Source: Candidatus Latescibacterota bacterium
Lineage (GTDB): Bacteria; Latescibacterota; UBA2968; GCA-2709665
Length of the DNA stretch: 64,000 nt
NCBI GenBank assembly: GCA_963662665.2
Contig: CAXXJS010000010.1
Location: 413,100 to 477,099, forward strand
Direction of reading: 5' to 3'
The position numbers and the translations under genes are program-made. Positions 37,256 through 47,428 of the stretch are shown here, one piece after another (positions within the stretch are counted from its first letter, which is position 1; the number at the start of each line of letters is the position of its first letter). The notes beneath the pieces were generated by a model, which was given only the letters and a program-made list of their open reading frames with translations, did no database searches and was not told the DNA's origin.

Positions 37256-40228
37256 GTGCCCCCCATGCCCGGCGAACATTTCATCGCCTCCGAACGGATC
37301 GTTTACGCCCGCCGCAACGTTGAACAGGTGTCCTGGGCCGCCGCCGAGCGGGACGCTACCGTCGATTGTGCCCGACGCTGGCTTGATCTGGACGATGAAA
37401 CCCTGTGGTCCCTGGTTGCCGGCCAAACCACCGGTCGCAGCACCAATGCAAGCGTCACCAAAGGGTGTCCGCAATGCGGCGACGGCATCAATCGCTATGG
37501 GGGTGCCTTCAGAGTGGACGTTCTCCGCGACCCCTGGAAGATCATCTGCCCCAACTGCAGCGTCCGCTTCCCCAGCAACGACTATGCCGCTTTTTACAGG
37601 AGCGGCATAGGCCTGGACGGACTCTTTCATCCCGACAAAGCCGACCGAAGCCAGCTCTACAACACCCTGCATCCAGATAGAAACGACCCCCTTTACACCT
37701 GGTGCGTGGACGACGGTACCGGCTGGACCGACAACACCGGAGAATCATTCAAACTCATTGGTGTCTATGGACACCATGGCATCTGGAACGAAATACGGAC
37801 CGCCTGCCAGGGGTTGAAGCGGGCATACCTGCTCACGGGCAACCCCGTGTACGCCCGCAAAGCCGGAGTCCTGCTGGCCAGAATCGCCGACGTCTATCCC
37901 GAAATGCACTGGTCCTACTGGGCCAGACTCGGATTCTTCAACTCGGACGGATTGAGCGGCCGGGGTCGTATCTACGGCCGCATCTGGGAACCGGGCCTGC
38001 TCATCACCTTTACGGAATGTTATGACGCCGTCCGAACGGCGTGGCGCGATGACGACCCACTCTTCACGTTCCTCTCACGCAAACAGATCGACCACGGTTT
38101 GTTTGCCCAGAACACCGTGGACGAACTGTGCCGCCACATTGAAGATCACATCATCCGCGAGGGCATTGCCGCCATCCTCGCGGGCGACGTCGCCCGAAAC
38201 GAACCAGGCGACCAGGTCACGATGGCCGTCCTCGCCGTTGCCCTGGATGCGGAAGATACCGACCACTGGCTGGACTGGGTCTTCAGGGCCGGCAAACTGC
38301 GCGGTCAGAAACCGAGCGGCGGACACATTCCGAAACTCTTCGCGGGTGAGATCGATCGGGACGGTATCGGTTCCGAGGCCGCGCCATCCTACAGCCTGGG
38401 CTGGCTCCACAAAGCCCAGGGTATGAATGATCTGGACCGTGTACTTGGGTGCCGGCGCTCATACACCCGCCACAGTATCAGGGGATACTTGCGGTACAAG
38501 CAGATGTTCCTGGGTCACATCCGCATGATCTGTCTGGGCAGATACATCCCGAACATTGGCGACACGGGCAAGACGGGTAACCCCAACCTTTGCGGTCTAT
38601 CCGCCGAGCAGTGTCTGGAGGGCCTGGAGCTGTTTGGCGATCCCATTTTCGCCAGGGCTGCACACCACCTCGTTGGTGGAGATCTGACACGGATCCACGG
38701 TAGCATCTTCAATGAGGATCCGGAAGCCATCCGGCGCCGCGTGACAGAGACCGTAGCGCAACACGGACCCTTCCGCCTCGATTCTGACCTGATGACGGGG
38801 TATGGTCTGGCACTTCTGAGAGACGGCGCGGATGAAACGGAACGCACCCTCTGGCTCTACTACGGCCGCAACACCGGCCATGGGCACGCGGACCGATTGA
38901 ATCTGGGCCTCTACGCCTTCGGATTGGACCTGCTGCCTGACCTGGGCTACCCGGAACACGCGCGCGTATGGCCAAAACGCTCGGGCTGGACCAGCCATAC
39001 CGTCTCCCACAACACGGTCCTTGTTGATCGAAGCAGACAGAATGGCGGCTACTCCGGAAGGGTCGACTTCCACGCAACCACCGAGAATGCTCAGGTGGTC
39101 TCGGTTTCATCGACCGACGTCTACCCACAGTGCTCGATCTACCGCCGCACCAGCGCACTGGTGCGCATCTCCGATACGGACTTCTATGTAGCAGACCTTT
39201 TCCAGGTTTCCGGCGGATCTTCCCACCACTTTCTCTTCCACGCGGCCGAAGGGGCCGTCAGGACCGAGGGTCTTGAGTTAACGCCGCAGGAAAATGGCAC
39301 CTACGCAGGTGAAGACGTCAAGTTTGGGGAATTTTACGATGGCGAAGTACCTAACTATAGTGGCAGTGGATTCCAGTACCTATACGACGTAAAGCGGTGT
39401 GCGGCGCCAGCCGGAACGGTCTCCGTCAACTGGACCATTAGTGATACGTGGCAGGTGCTCCGCGAATCACCCGGGCCCGGCGCTTCGACAGACATCCACG
39501 TGCGATGGAACTTGATAAATCCCCCTGGCGAGGTTGCCCTGTGTCACGGCGATCCACCCCGCAACAAGCCCGGCAATCCCCGGCGTCTGACCTACGGCAT
39601 TGTCGCCCATGACGGTGAACAACCCCTCCACTCAGGCTATCTGAGCATCATCGAAGCGTTCCGAAAAAACCGGAAGATTGTGCAAATTGAAGAGGTCGAC
39701 CTCCCCGGCGGACCCGCTCTCCGTGCTCTAAGAGTCCGCCTGAAAAACGAAGATACCCACACGGTCATTTTCGGCGACGGGCACAGCTGCATCAACATAG
39801 ACGGCCGCATTTGCTTCAACGGCAGGTTCGGAATCTTTGCGGAATCGAAAAACGGCCCGCAATGGGCCACGCTGGTTGGCGGGACAATCCTGGGTACAGA
39901 GTCGCACGGCATCCGGATGGCGGAAGCCGCCTGGACCGGCATCGTCTCCACCCGCGAGCCCGGGGTCATCCACACAACCGAACCACCGCCCAACCGACCC
40001 CTCTCAGGCGCTTACATTTCCATATGTAACGATAATGAACGAGATGCCTGCTATCGGATCCGAAGCGTCGAGCGCAGAAACCATAAGACATTCATCCGGG
40101 TAGGCGATGAAGATTTCATTCGCGGTATGGTGGACGACCTGGATTACTCAAAAGGGTTCCGCTACGACTTTGAACCAGGTGACCCGTTCAGGGTTGTCCA
40201 CACCGGATTTGAACGCTGGGAAAATTGA
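37256..40228 (+). CDS. Heparinase II/III-like polysaccharide lyase family protein
   Basis: 990 aa; PNIGD, GHGHADRLNL, DLGYP, SHNTVLVD, YRRT; N-terminal CPQC...CPNC; start uncertain. Confidence 0.78.
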   Translation: MPPMPGEHFIASERIVYARRNVEQVSWAAAERDATVDCARRWLDLDDETLWSLVAGQTTGRSTNASVTKGCPQCGDGINRYGGAFRVDVLRDPWKIICPNCSVRFPSNDYAAFYRSGIGLDGLFHPDKADRSQLYNTLHPDRNDPLYTWCVDDGTGWTDNTGESFKLIGVYGHHGIWNEIRTACQGLKRAYLLTGNPVYARKAGVLLARIADVYPEMHWSYWARLGFFNSDGLSGRGRIYGRIWEPGLLITFTECYDAVRTAWRDDDPLFTFLSRKQIDHGLFAQNTVDELCRHIEDHIIREGIAAILAGDVARNEPGDQVTMAVLAVALDAEDTDHWLDWVFRAGKLRGQKPSGGHIPKLFAGEIDRDGIGSEAAPSYSLGWLHKAQGMNDLDRVLGCRRSYTRHSIRGYLRYKQMFLGHIRMICLGRYIPNIGDTGKTGNPNLCGLSAEQCLEGLELFGDPIFARAAHHLVGGDLTRIHGSIFNEDPEAIRRRVTETVAQHGPFRLDSDLMTGYGLALLRDGADETERTLWLYYGRNTGHGHADRLNLGLYAFGLDLLPDLGYPEHARVWPKRSGWTSHTVSHNTVLVDRSRQNGGYSGRVDFHATTENAQVVSVSSTDVYPQCSIYRRTSALVRISDTDFYVADLFQVSGGSSHHFLFHAAEGAVRTEGLELTPQENGTYAGEDVKFGEFYDGEVPNYSGSGFQYLYDVKRCAAPAGTVSVNWTISDTWQVLRESPGPGASTDIHVRWNLINPPGEVALCHGDPPRNKPGNPRRLTYGIVAHDGEQPLHSGYLSIIEAFRKNRKIVQIEEVDLPGGPALRALRVRLKNEDTHTVIFGDGHSCINIDGRICFNGRFGIFAESKNGPQWATLVGGTILGTESHGIRMAEAAWTGIVSTREPGVIHTTEPPPNRPLSGAYISICNDNERDACYRIRSVERRNHKTFIRVGDEDFIRGMVDDLDYSKGFRYDFEPGDPFRVVHTGFERWEN

Positions 40229-40484
40229 ATCAGAGTCAACGGCCGGCAATTGGTGCCGAATCTTATCCTCTGCTTCCAATGGTTGCGCTAAAGCGGCTGG
40301 TGGGTATTGTCTACATTTCTAGAGGCACAAACGTGGCGCCGGCGATGCCGAATGTTATTTCTGAGCTCGTCGCGAAATTTCGTCCCGTTGGTTATGATGG
40401 CGCAAACAGCACGAATTGTTGAGTAAACGTTGCCAGCGGTACGATCCACGGTTTGTCTCTTATACTTCTCATATTTGATCTACT

Positions 40485-40847
40485 ATGTCTAGAGCCCTTC
40501 TCATTGTCGATCATGGCTCCACCAAAGACGAAGCCAATCGAATGCTGGAAAAGGTAGCGGACGTCGTGAGGCGGAAAAGTCCGGGGCTTCCGGTGTATAC
40601 CGCCCATATGGAACTCGCCCGACCTACTCTGGAAGAAGGCGTTGAAGCCTGCGTCAGCGACGGCGCAACCGAGGTCATCGTCCACCCCTACATGCTTTCG
40701 CCCGGCCGCCACGCAACTCACGACATCCCTGCAATGGTCGAACAAGCGGCGGTTCGTTTTCCGGGCGTCGTCTTCCGGGTCACCGACCCCCTGGGTATCC
40801 ATGAAAAGATCGGAGAGGTCGTTATCGAACGTGCGGGGCTCGCGTAG
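40485..40847 (+). CDS. Small CbiX/SirB-type sirohydrochlorin chelatase
   Basis: VDHGS, AHMELARP, HPYMLSPGRH, PLGIH. Confidence 0.85.
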   Translation: MSRALLIVDHGSTKDEANRMLEKVADVVRRKSPGLPVYTAHMELARPTLEEGVEACVSDGATEVIVHPYMLSPGRHATHDIPAMVEQAAVRFPGVVFRVTDPLGIHEKIGEVVIERAGLA

Positions 40848-40922
40848 ATTTAACGGGTTCCGGGTCAATTGTTCGTCGGCGCCCTGTCACATCCACGGCC
40901 GTTCCGGCCGCCGGGAAGTCAG

Positions 40923-42119
40923 ATGTCCATAACGCGACGACCATTGCTCAGAGTCTGCCTGATTACCTACGCCCATACGACCGTTGATTTCTACATGACA
41001 CTGTTTCCGCCGTTGTTGGCCCTGTTTAAGGAGATGTACGGGCTTACGCTGATAGAAGCTTCCCTCCTTCCAATGGTTGTTTCTCTCTTCGGCAACATTC
41101 CGCAACCGTTTATGGGCTATATCGGCGACCGGACCAACCGGGCGCGACTCGCAGCGCTCGGCGTGCTGGCATGTGGCCTTTGCGTCTCCGTAATCGGATC
41201 GTTGCCCACGGCAAGCGTACTGGCCGGCTTTCTGATTTTGGCCTCCCTCGGTTCGTCTCTCTTTCACCCGACCGCCGGCGGCCTCGTGACAACGTCACTG
41301 CCCGGACGATCCAATTTCACCATGGCCATCTTCCTGACTGGCGGGCCTCTGGGAATGGCCATTGCCCCGGTGACGGGGACGCAGGTGATTTCACGTTGGG
41401 GGCTGGAGTCCCTCTGGATCGTTGTCTTTCCCTGCCTTGCAGCCACAGCGGTGCTATTCCGTTTGTCCAGGACGGCAACCCGCGTCAAACGTACGGCAGC
41501 TCCGGTCCGTATCAACTACGCGTTTTTTCGCACGGCGGCAATGCGTCCGCTCTGGATCCTGTATGCGATCGCTGTTTTTCGATCGCTGGTACACGCGGCC
41601 TGCGTGAGCTTCATATCCATTCTCGGCTTCGAGAGAACCTGGGATATCTCCACGATCGGCTGGGTGTTGTCTGCCTACCTGATCGCGGCCACGCTGGGCC
41701 GATTGGCCGGCGGATATCTCGGCGACCGCGTGGCTCCCCGTAAGCTTCTGGGGTGGTCCTGTGCGTTCTCTACAGTTTTCTACGTTGTCTTTTGTTCCAC
41801 GTCCGGACCTGTTTCTCTGGTCTGCTTTCTAATCGCCGGGTTCATTTTCGACCTCGGCGCCACCACCAATATCGTGTTGGCGCAGCGTATTCTGCCGCGG
41901 CACGCCAGTATGGCCACCGGTCTGGTGATGGGATTTGCGTGGGGTGTCTCGGGCCTGATGCTGCCGGTCATCGGTCTTCTCGCAGATGTCACTTCCATGG
42001 AATTAGCTCTGGCATGCGTCTCCCTCATTCTGCTTCCTTCCGCCGCGCTTGTGGCCGCACTTCCGGGAATCCCGGATCGGGGAGAGGCCGGAGCGTTACC
42101 CGATCGCCGATCGACTTAA
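40923..42119 (+). CDS. MFS transporter (Fsr-like)
   Basis: About 12 hydrophobic segments; HTTVDFY, QPFMGYIGDR, LFHP, GGYLGDR. Confidence 0.87.
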   Translation: MSITRRPLLRVCLITYAHTTVDFYMTLFPPLLALFKEMYGLTLIEASLLPMVVSLFGNIPQPFMGYIGDRTNRARLAALGVLACGLCVSVIGSLPTASVLAGFLILASLGSSLFHPTAGGLVTTSLPGRSNFTMAIFLTGGPLGMAIAPVTGTQVISRWGLESLWIVVFPCLAATAVLFRLSRTATRVKRTAAPVRINYAFFRTAAMRPLWILYAIAVFRSLVHAACVSFISILGFERTWDISTIGWVLSAYLIAATLGRLAGGYLGDRVAPRKLLGWSCAFSTVFYVVFCSTSGPVSLVCFLIAGFIFDLGATTNIVLAQRILPRHASMATGLVMGFAWGVSGLMLPVIGLLADVTSMELALACVSLILLPSAALVAALPGIPDRGEAGALPDRRST

Positions 42120-42121
42120 AC

Positions 42122-42150
42122 GGAACCACCTGCCGGATATCCCGTCCATA
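42122..42150 (+). promoter_or_regulatory. Putative ECF-sigma promoter
   Basis: GGAAC-N17-GTCCATA upstream of the secreted protease. Confidence 0.35.
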
Positions 42151-42240
42151 ACGAAAGAGCCAGTGAATACAGGTATATCAAATCCGCGGGGAATTGGTGT
42201 TTTATCATCCGGGAGCCGGACATTGAATCGCACAATTGGG

Positions 42241-45200
42241 ATGCAGGCGCCGTCGTTCATATTCCAACTACTGGTTTTTTTCCTCGGTTGCCGTTTCGCC
42301 GCGGCCCAACCCGCTTACTCTCCCGGGCAGATTCTCGTCAGGTTCAGAACGGCGGCGGCCAAACCCGCTGCCGGAAACCTTGAAAAACTGCATGCGCGAT
42401 TCGGATCCGGCCCCCCGGAACCCGTGTTTCAGGAGCGCGCGGTCCCGGCCAAGCGCGCCCCGGGATTGCCGCAGGTGTACCGGCTTGAGATTGACCCCGG
42501 CGCAAGTCCCGTGGAAGCCGCGGCCGCCTACACCGCGCACCCCGACGTCCTCTATGCACAGCCCGTCCACCTCTTTTCCCACCACGGTGCGCCCGACGAT
42601 CCCCGGCTGCCCGATCAGTACGGTCTGGAGCAGATCAGATGGCAGGTCCTTCTGGATGGCCTTCCCCAGGGCGAACAGGCCGTCGTTGTCGCGATTATCG
42701 ATTCCGGCGTGGACTATACCCACGAAGACCTGGCCGACAATATCTGGATCAACACCGTTGAAGCATCCGGTCGGCCGGGCATCGATGACGACAACAACGG
42801 GTACGTGGACGACGTTCGCGGGTGGGACTTCACGCACACCCCGACACTCCCTGCAAAGGGCGACTACCTCTCGCCCGACAACGATCCGATGGACGAATCC
42901 GGCCACGGAACCCGTGTTGCGGGCATCGCCGCGGCTGTAACGGGCAATGGCGTGGGCATCGCCGGCGTCGCGCCCGACGCCGCGCTGATGTCACTTCGCG
43001 CCGGCGTGACGCTGCAATCCAACCTTACCTTTCTTGAGGAAGACGACCTTGCCGCAGCAATTCTCTATGCCATGGAAAACGGAGCACACGTCATCAATAT
43101 GAGCTGGGGGGGGCCGGAAAGCGCGTTCCTCATCCGCGACGTGTTGCGCTATGCGGCTGCGAACGGCATTGTCCTCGTCAGTTCCGCCGGAAACAGCGGT
43201 GAATTCGGACTGTCATACCCGGCTGCCATGGACGAAACCATCGCCGTGGGGGCCACGGCGCCGCTGGACCGGATTGCTGCATTCAGCAGCCTCGGGGTCC
43301 CGCTGGACCTGGTCGCGCCCGGCTCCGGGACGCTTACAACCATGCCTGGAAACCGCTACGCGCATGCCTCCGGCACGTCCTTCGCGGCGCCCCATATCGC
43401 TGGCATCGCGGCACTCATTCTCTCCCGTCGTCCCAACCTCACCGCCGAGCAGGTCCGCACGCTGCTCACGGCATCCGTGATCGATCTCGGGAAGGAGGGT
43501 TGGGACAGCAGCAGCGGCGCGGGCCGTATCGATGCGGCGATATTGCTCGAGAAATCCACGGGATGGGCCAATCCGCCCGTCGTGCAGGTCGACCACCCCC
43601 GGACGGATGACGGCGCCAGGCAGAACGTCGACATCATCGCGCGGGCCGATGGTCCCAACGTTGCCGGTTACGAACTGTTCTCGGGCATGGGAGAAGATCC
43701 TCAGTCCTGGACCCGGCTTTCCGGTGGACCGCCGGGATCGAACGTCCGGTATTCCTGGACACCGGTTACGCAGGCCGACACCACCGCAATCTTACGGCTG
43801 CTGGCCCGGCTGACGGATGGTACCACTCTGGAAGATCGGGTACGAATTGGCATACGGCGGGCTCTGCCGGTTATATCGAACGCGTCTTTCGCACCCATAC
43901 TCATCGGTAACCGGCAGACTTATCACGCCGAGTGGCATACCAGGCATCCTACGCGCGGCGCCCTGCTCTATCGTTCGTCTACGGCGACGCGAGAAGACAC
44001 CCTGTTTTCGGACATCATCTACACACGCCACCGCGTCACGCTGCCTCCGGACCTCGCACCCGGACCCCTGGAATACCGCATCATGGCGCGGGATGCCGCC
44101 GGGCAGGACGCGTCTTCCAAACCGTTGACATTTACGGTGAATCCGCTTCGTCTTTCCGCTGCCGGTTTCGTTCAGATCGGCACGCTGCCCGACGGGTATT
44201 TCGCAAACGAGACCGCCGACTTCGACATGGACGGGCGTCCCGAAGTCGTACTGATGCCCTACGTCAGCGGCCGTCCCTACAACACGAACCTGATCTTGGA
44301 ACGTGACGAAAACGGAAACTTCACAACCGTTTTCCGGACCAGCGAATCGTTCCTTCCCTGGGCTGTGGGCGACGCGAACAACGACGGCCGCACCGACCTT
44401 CTCGGCATCAACTTCCCCCGCACCAACATCGCCCGCCTCCGGCTCTTCGTCGGGACACCGTTTCCCTCCGAAACCCTTCTGGATATCCCTGAATCCCAGG
44501 GCGGCGAAATCGCCGATGTCGACGGTGACGGCAGAAACGAGATCGTGGCCCTTTCGGCGCTTACAAGAGACATTCGCATACTGAAGAGTACCAGAGAAGG
44601 CGCTTTCGTTGGAGGTGCCACCCTTTCGAATCCGACCGACGGCTCCAACTGGCCCGGTCTCCGGCTTGTCGTTGCGGATCTGAATGGCAACGGGCGGAAG
44701 GAAATTCTCTCAGGTGACGACGACGGAGACCTCTGGATCTATGAAGCCCGGCAGGGCGGCGGTTTCGCACAGACCTGGAAACTGGCGGGCAGTGACAGTA
44801 CCAACACACATTGGATTGGCGGCGGCGCCGATATTGACAATGACGGGGACGTGGAATTCGCCGTTGCCCGTGCGGCGGAAGACCGGAACGACGCGCTCAA
44901 CGGCCGATGGAACCTTGAAATCTACAGCGCAAACGGACTCTCCTCCTATGCCCTGGAGTGGTCGATCCGCGTCTCGGGTGTCATTTCAACGGGAAACGGG
45001 ATTGCGACGGGCGACGTGGACGGCAACGGTGTGCCGGATCTGGCCGTCTGCCTGCTGCCGGACCTCTACGTCATTCGCGCCACCGGGCCGGATTCATACG
45101 AACCCGTCTGGCACGAGACCGTTTCATTGACGTACCGCCCCCTCATTACGGATCTGGACGGGGACGGTTATGCCGAACTGCTCTACAACCGGGACGGCGC

Positions 45201-45972
45201 CGTGCGTCTGATGGAACGTACCGGGCCGGGAATCCGGAGGATGCTGCAGCTCGTCCAGGCATATCCGCTGGGAACGGACAGCGCTCGACTTGAGTGGACG
45301 CCCCTGGAAGGCGGCGCCACTTATCGTATCCTGCGCGGCGTCGACGGAAGTACGCTTGACACAGTTATCGACGAACTAACCGGAAATACGTACACGGACA
45401 CCGGCCTGACCGAAAACAGAGTGTATCGTTACGTGTTGGTTGCCACGCTGTCCAACGGCGATGAAATCCGTTCGGAGACTTACACCGTGCGCCCCAACCG
45501 GGCACCGGAATTGAAACGCGTCGAAGTCCTCCATGAGAACAATCTCTCACTGACGTTCAGTGAACCGATGTCAGTCGACGCGGCCGATCCGCGCGGATAT
45601 AACGTCGTTCCTGACCTGGGTCGCCCGACCTCGGTGATTCTTGACCGTACGAGCCAACGCGCCCTCCTGTCGTTTTCCATGGTTTTTGAAGCCGGCCGTG
45701 AGTACACCGTTATCTGCACCATGGCCGCGGACTCGTCCGGCGTCCCCCTCGCGTCCAGGTACCGGCGCATTTCGTTTGTGTCCGGCCAGACCATCTTTCC
45801 TGCTGCGGACATTGCCGATTTCGACGGAAGTGGACGGGTTGATTTTTCCGACTTTCTGCTTTTTGCCGGTGCCTTCGGCTCCACCGATCAACGGTTCGAT
45901 CTGGATGACGATGGCAAAGTCGCTTTCTCAGACTTCGTGCAATTTGCGCTCCTGTTCGGTAAGACAGTTTAA
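42241..45972 (+). CDS. Secreted S8 subtilase with FG-GAP repeats, FN3/Ig-like domains and C-terminal dockerin-like EF-hand pair
   Basis: Signal peptide (FAAA/Q); triad IIDSG, HGT, GTSFAAP; repeated DxDxDG motifs; tail DFDGSGRVDFSDF...DLDDDGKVAFSDF. Confidence 0.88.
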   Translation: MQAPSFIFQLLVFFLGCRFAAAQPAYSPGQILVRFRTAAAKPAAGNLEKLHARFGSGPPEPVFQERAVPAKRAPGLPQVYRLEIDPGASPVEAAAAYTAHPDVLYAQPVHLFSHHGAPDDPRLPDQYGLEQIRWQVLLDGLPQGEQAVVVAIIDSGVDYTHEDLADNIWINTVEASGRPGIDDDNNGYVDDVRGWDFTHTPTLPAKGDYLSPDNDPMDESGHGTRVAGIAAAVTGNGVGIAGVAPDAALMSLRAGVTLQSNLTFLEEDDLAAAILYAMENGAHVINMSWGGPESAFLIRDVLRYAAANGIVLVSSAGNSGEFGLSYPAAMDETIAVGATAPLDRIAAFSSLGVPLDLVAPGSGTLTTMPGNRYAHASGTSFAAPHIAGIAALILSRRPNLTAEQVRTLLTASVIDLGKEGWDSSSGAGRIDAAILLEKSTGWANPPVVQVDHPRTDDGARQNVDIIARADGPNVAGYELFSGMGEDPQSWTRLSGGPPGSNVRYSWTPVTQADTTAILRLLARLTDGTTLEDRVRIGIRRALPVISNASFAPILIGNRQTYHAEWHTRHPTRGALLYRSSTATREDTLFSDIIYTRHRVTLPPDLAPGPLEYRIMARDAAGQDASSKPLTFTVNPLRLSAAGFVQIGTLPDGYFANETADFDMDGRPEVVLMPYVSGRPYNTNLILERDENGNFTTVFRTSESFLPWAVGDANNDGRTDLLGINFPRTNIARLRLFVGTPFPSETLLDIPESQGGEIADVDGDGRNEIVALSALTRDIRILKSTREGAFVGGATLSNPTDGSNWPGLRLVVADLNGNGRKEILSGDDDGDLWIYEARQGGGFAQTWKLAGSDSTNTHWIGGGADIDNDGDVEFAVARAAEDRNDALNGRWNLEIYSANGLSSYALEWSIRVSGVISTGNGIATGDVDGNGVPDLAVCLLPDLYVIRATGPDSYEPVWHETVSLTYRPLITDLDGDGYAELLYNRDGAVRLMERTGPGIRRMLQLVQAYPLGTDSARLEWTPLEGGATYRILRGVDGSTLDTVIDELTGNTYTDTGLTENRVYRYVLVATLSNGDEIRSETYTVRPNRAPELKRVEVLHENNLSLTFSEPMSVDAADPRGYNVVPDLGRPTSVILDRTSQRALLSFSMVFEAGREYTVICTMAADSSGVPLASRYRRISFVSGQTIFPAADIADFDGSGRVDFSDFLLFAGAFGSTDQRFDLDDDGKVAFSDFVQFALLFGKTV

Positions 45973-46052
45973 GATTCGGGAGTCGGTCGGATGTGTCGGT
46001 CCGTTCGCTTCTTGTCGAATCCAACGGCTGCGTCACAACCCCGTATTTGACA

Positions 46053-46081
46053 GAAGCGCCGTCCGATTCGAACGGCGCTTC
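46053..46081. terminator. Hairpin between convergent genes
   Basis: GAAGCGCCGT...ACGGCGCTTC 10-bp stem. Confidence 0.5.
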
Positions 46082-46091
46082 CTGGCGGGTT

Positions 46092-47402
46092 TCAAGTCTC
46101 AACGCGTCTTCGCTTTATCCATTCGAATGCCCAGACGAGGGCGAATCCGCCGAATAGCACAAACTTCACCCAGACCGCCTGCTCCCATATCCCTTCGCTC
46201 GTATATTTTATCAGAACGTGATACGAAATCGCAATAAGACCGGTAAAGACCAGCCACGCCGGTTGCCTGTAAAACACCATAAAGGGAATGATCCAGACGG
46301 CATACCAAGGGTGCAATGTCGGCGTGAGCAACAGGAAGGCGCCAACAAGGAAAAACCCGGCCTGAATTGGCGGCATCCGACTGAACGTGAACAGAAACAC
46401 CGCGCCGGCAAACCCGATTGCGATAGCCGTGCGAGCCCAAAGAGGGTTGCCCGCCAGGTAACTCAGGATGTCGAAGACAGGTGCGTTGAAGCTCCAGTGT
46501 TCGGCATATACCAGCAACCCCGCAAACAGTTTTTCTCCTGCTTCACCGTATGGCAGGTATCCAACTGCCAAAAGCACCACAAAAATTACGACCGGCCGGA
46601 CGGCTTGCGGCCTGAGACCTGCCCGCAGCCGCCCTTCAGACCCTCTTGCGGTTCTTTCGCAGATCCGCCGCCAGAAAACCGGAACCAGACAGATCGCAAG
46701 GAATTTGCTCAAACACGAGAGGGCCAGTGCGGCAAATGCCCTCGAATAACCGCCAACTTGAAGATAGAGAAGAGCAAATACCATGAAGGACACACCCAGC
46801 GCGTCAACGTGGCCGTTGCCCGCCACCTCTACAAGCAACAGGGGATGCCAGAGGTATATAAGCAATTGTCCCGGATGCTGATCGTAGAGCCGGATCAGGC
46901 CCAGCAGAAACCACGCTGTTAGCAGATCGAAAAGGACCATGACAGTCTTAATAGTCCAGATCGACGGATGTACAAGATAGCAAATCCGGAAGAAAAACTG
47001 GGCCAGCGGCGGATAGATTGTAGGCACATCGGGATGGTTCACCTGGGGGAAGACCTCATCGTCTCTGAGATCAGCGAGTTCGTCGGAAGCGGGTGGATAC
47101 GCGTAAGGGTTTATCCCCGCAGCCTGGACCCGTCCGTCCCACAGGTACCGATAGACGTCATCCGAGAGGCCAGGCGGGGAAAAAAGCATAATGAGCCGGA
47201 ACAGTACGCCAAACAGCACCACTGTTCTGAGAGAGGCTGTGGTACATTGCCATGCAGCCGCCAGATAGAAAACCATCCACAAGCCGAACAGTACAAAAAA
47301 AAGCGGCACCATGTACCGAGCTTCGCCCAGAACCAGCATGCCGATTGCACACAGTCCGATCAAACCTCCTGAAATCAAGAACCTACTTTGCGTATCCTCC
47401 AT
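46092..47402 (-). CDS. GT-C fold membrane glycosyltransferase (GT87/DUF2029-like)
   Basis: LSDDVYRYLWDG, NPY, TIYPP, GHVD, LHPWY; many transmembrane segments. Confidence 0.8.
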   Translation of the reverse strand: MEDTQSRFLISGGLIGLCAIGMLVLGEARYMVPLFFVLFGLWMVFYLAAAWQCTTASLRTVVLFGVLFRLIMLFSPPGLSDDVYRYLWDGRVQAAGINPYAYPPASDELADLRDDEVFPQVNHPDVPTIYPPLAQFFFRICYLVHPSIWTIKTVMVLFDLLTAWFLLGLIRLYDQHPGQLLIYLWHPLLLVEVAGNGHVDALGVSFMVFALLYLQVGGYSRAFAALALSCLSKFLAICLVPVFWRRICERTARGSEGRLRAGLRPQAVRPVVIFVVLLAVGYLPYGEAGEKLFAGLLVYAEHWSFNAPVFDILSYLAGNPLWARTAIAIGFAGAVFLFTFSRMPPIQAGFFLVGAFLLLTPTLHPWYAVWIIPFMVFYRQPAWLVFTGLIAISYHVLIKYTSEGIWEQAVWVKFVLFGGFALVWAFEWIKRRRVET

Positions 47403-47428
47403 ACATGCACCCTTTTACGGGCGGATTC

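Noticed and set aside
40229-40484. Lower-GC spacer with a 65-aa ORF as a possible foreign insert or cobalamin riboswitch
   Set aside because: No B12-box, terminal repeats or protein similarity visible; consistent with an ordinary promoter region.
44200-45200. Recurring GACxxxGACGGC-type nucleotide repeats
   Set aside because: Explained by FG-GAP DxDxDG protein repeats; not CRISPR or a DNA-level repeat.
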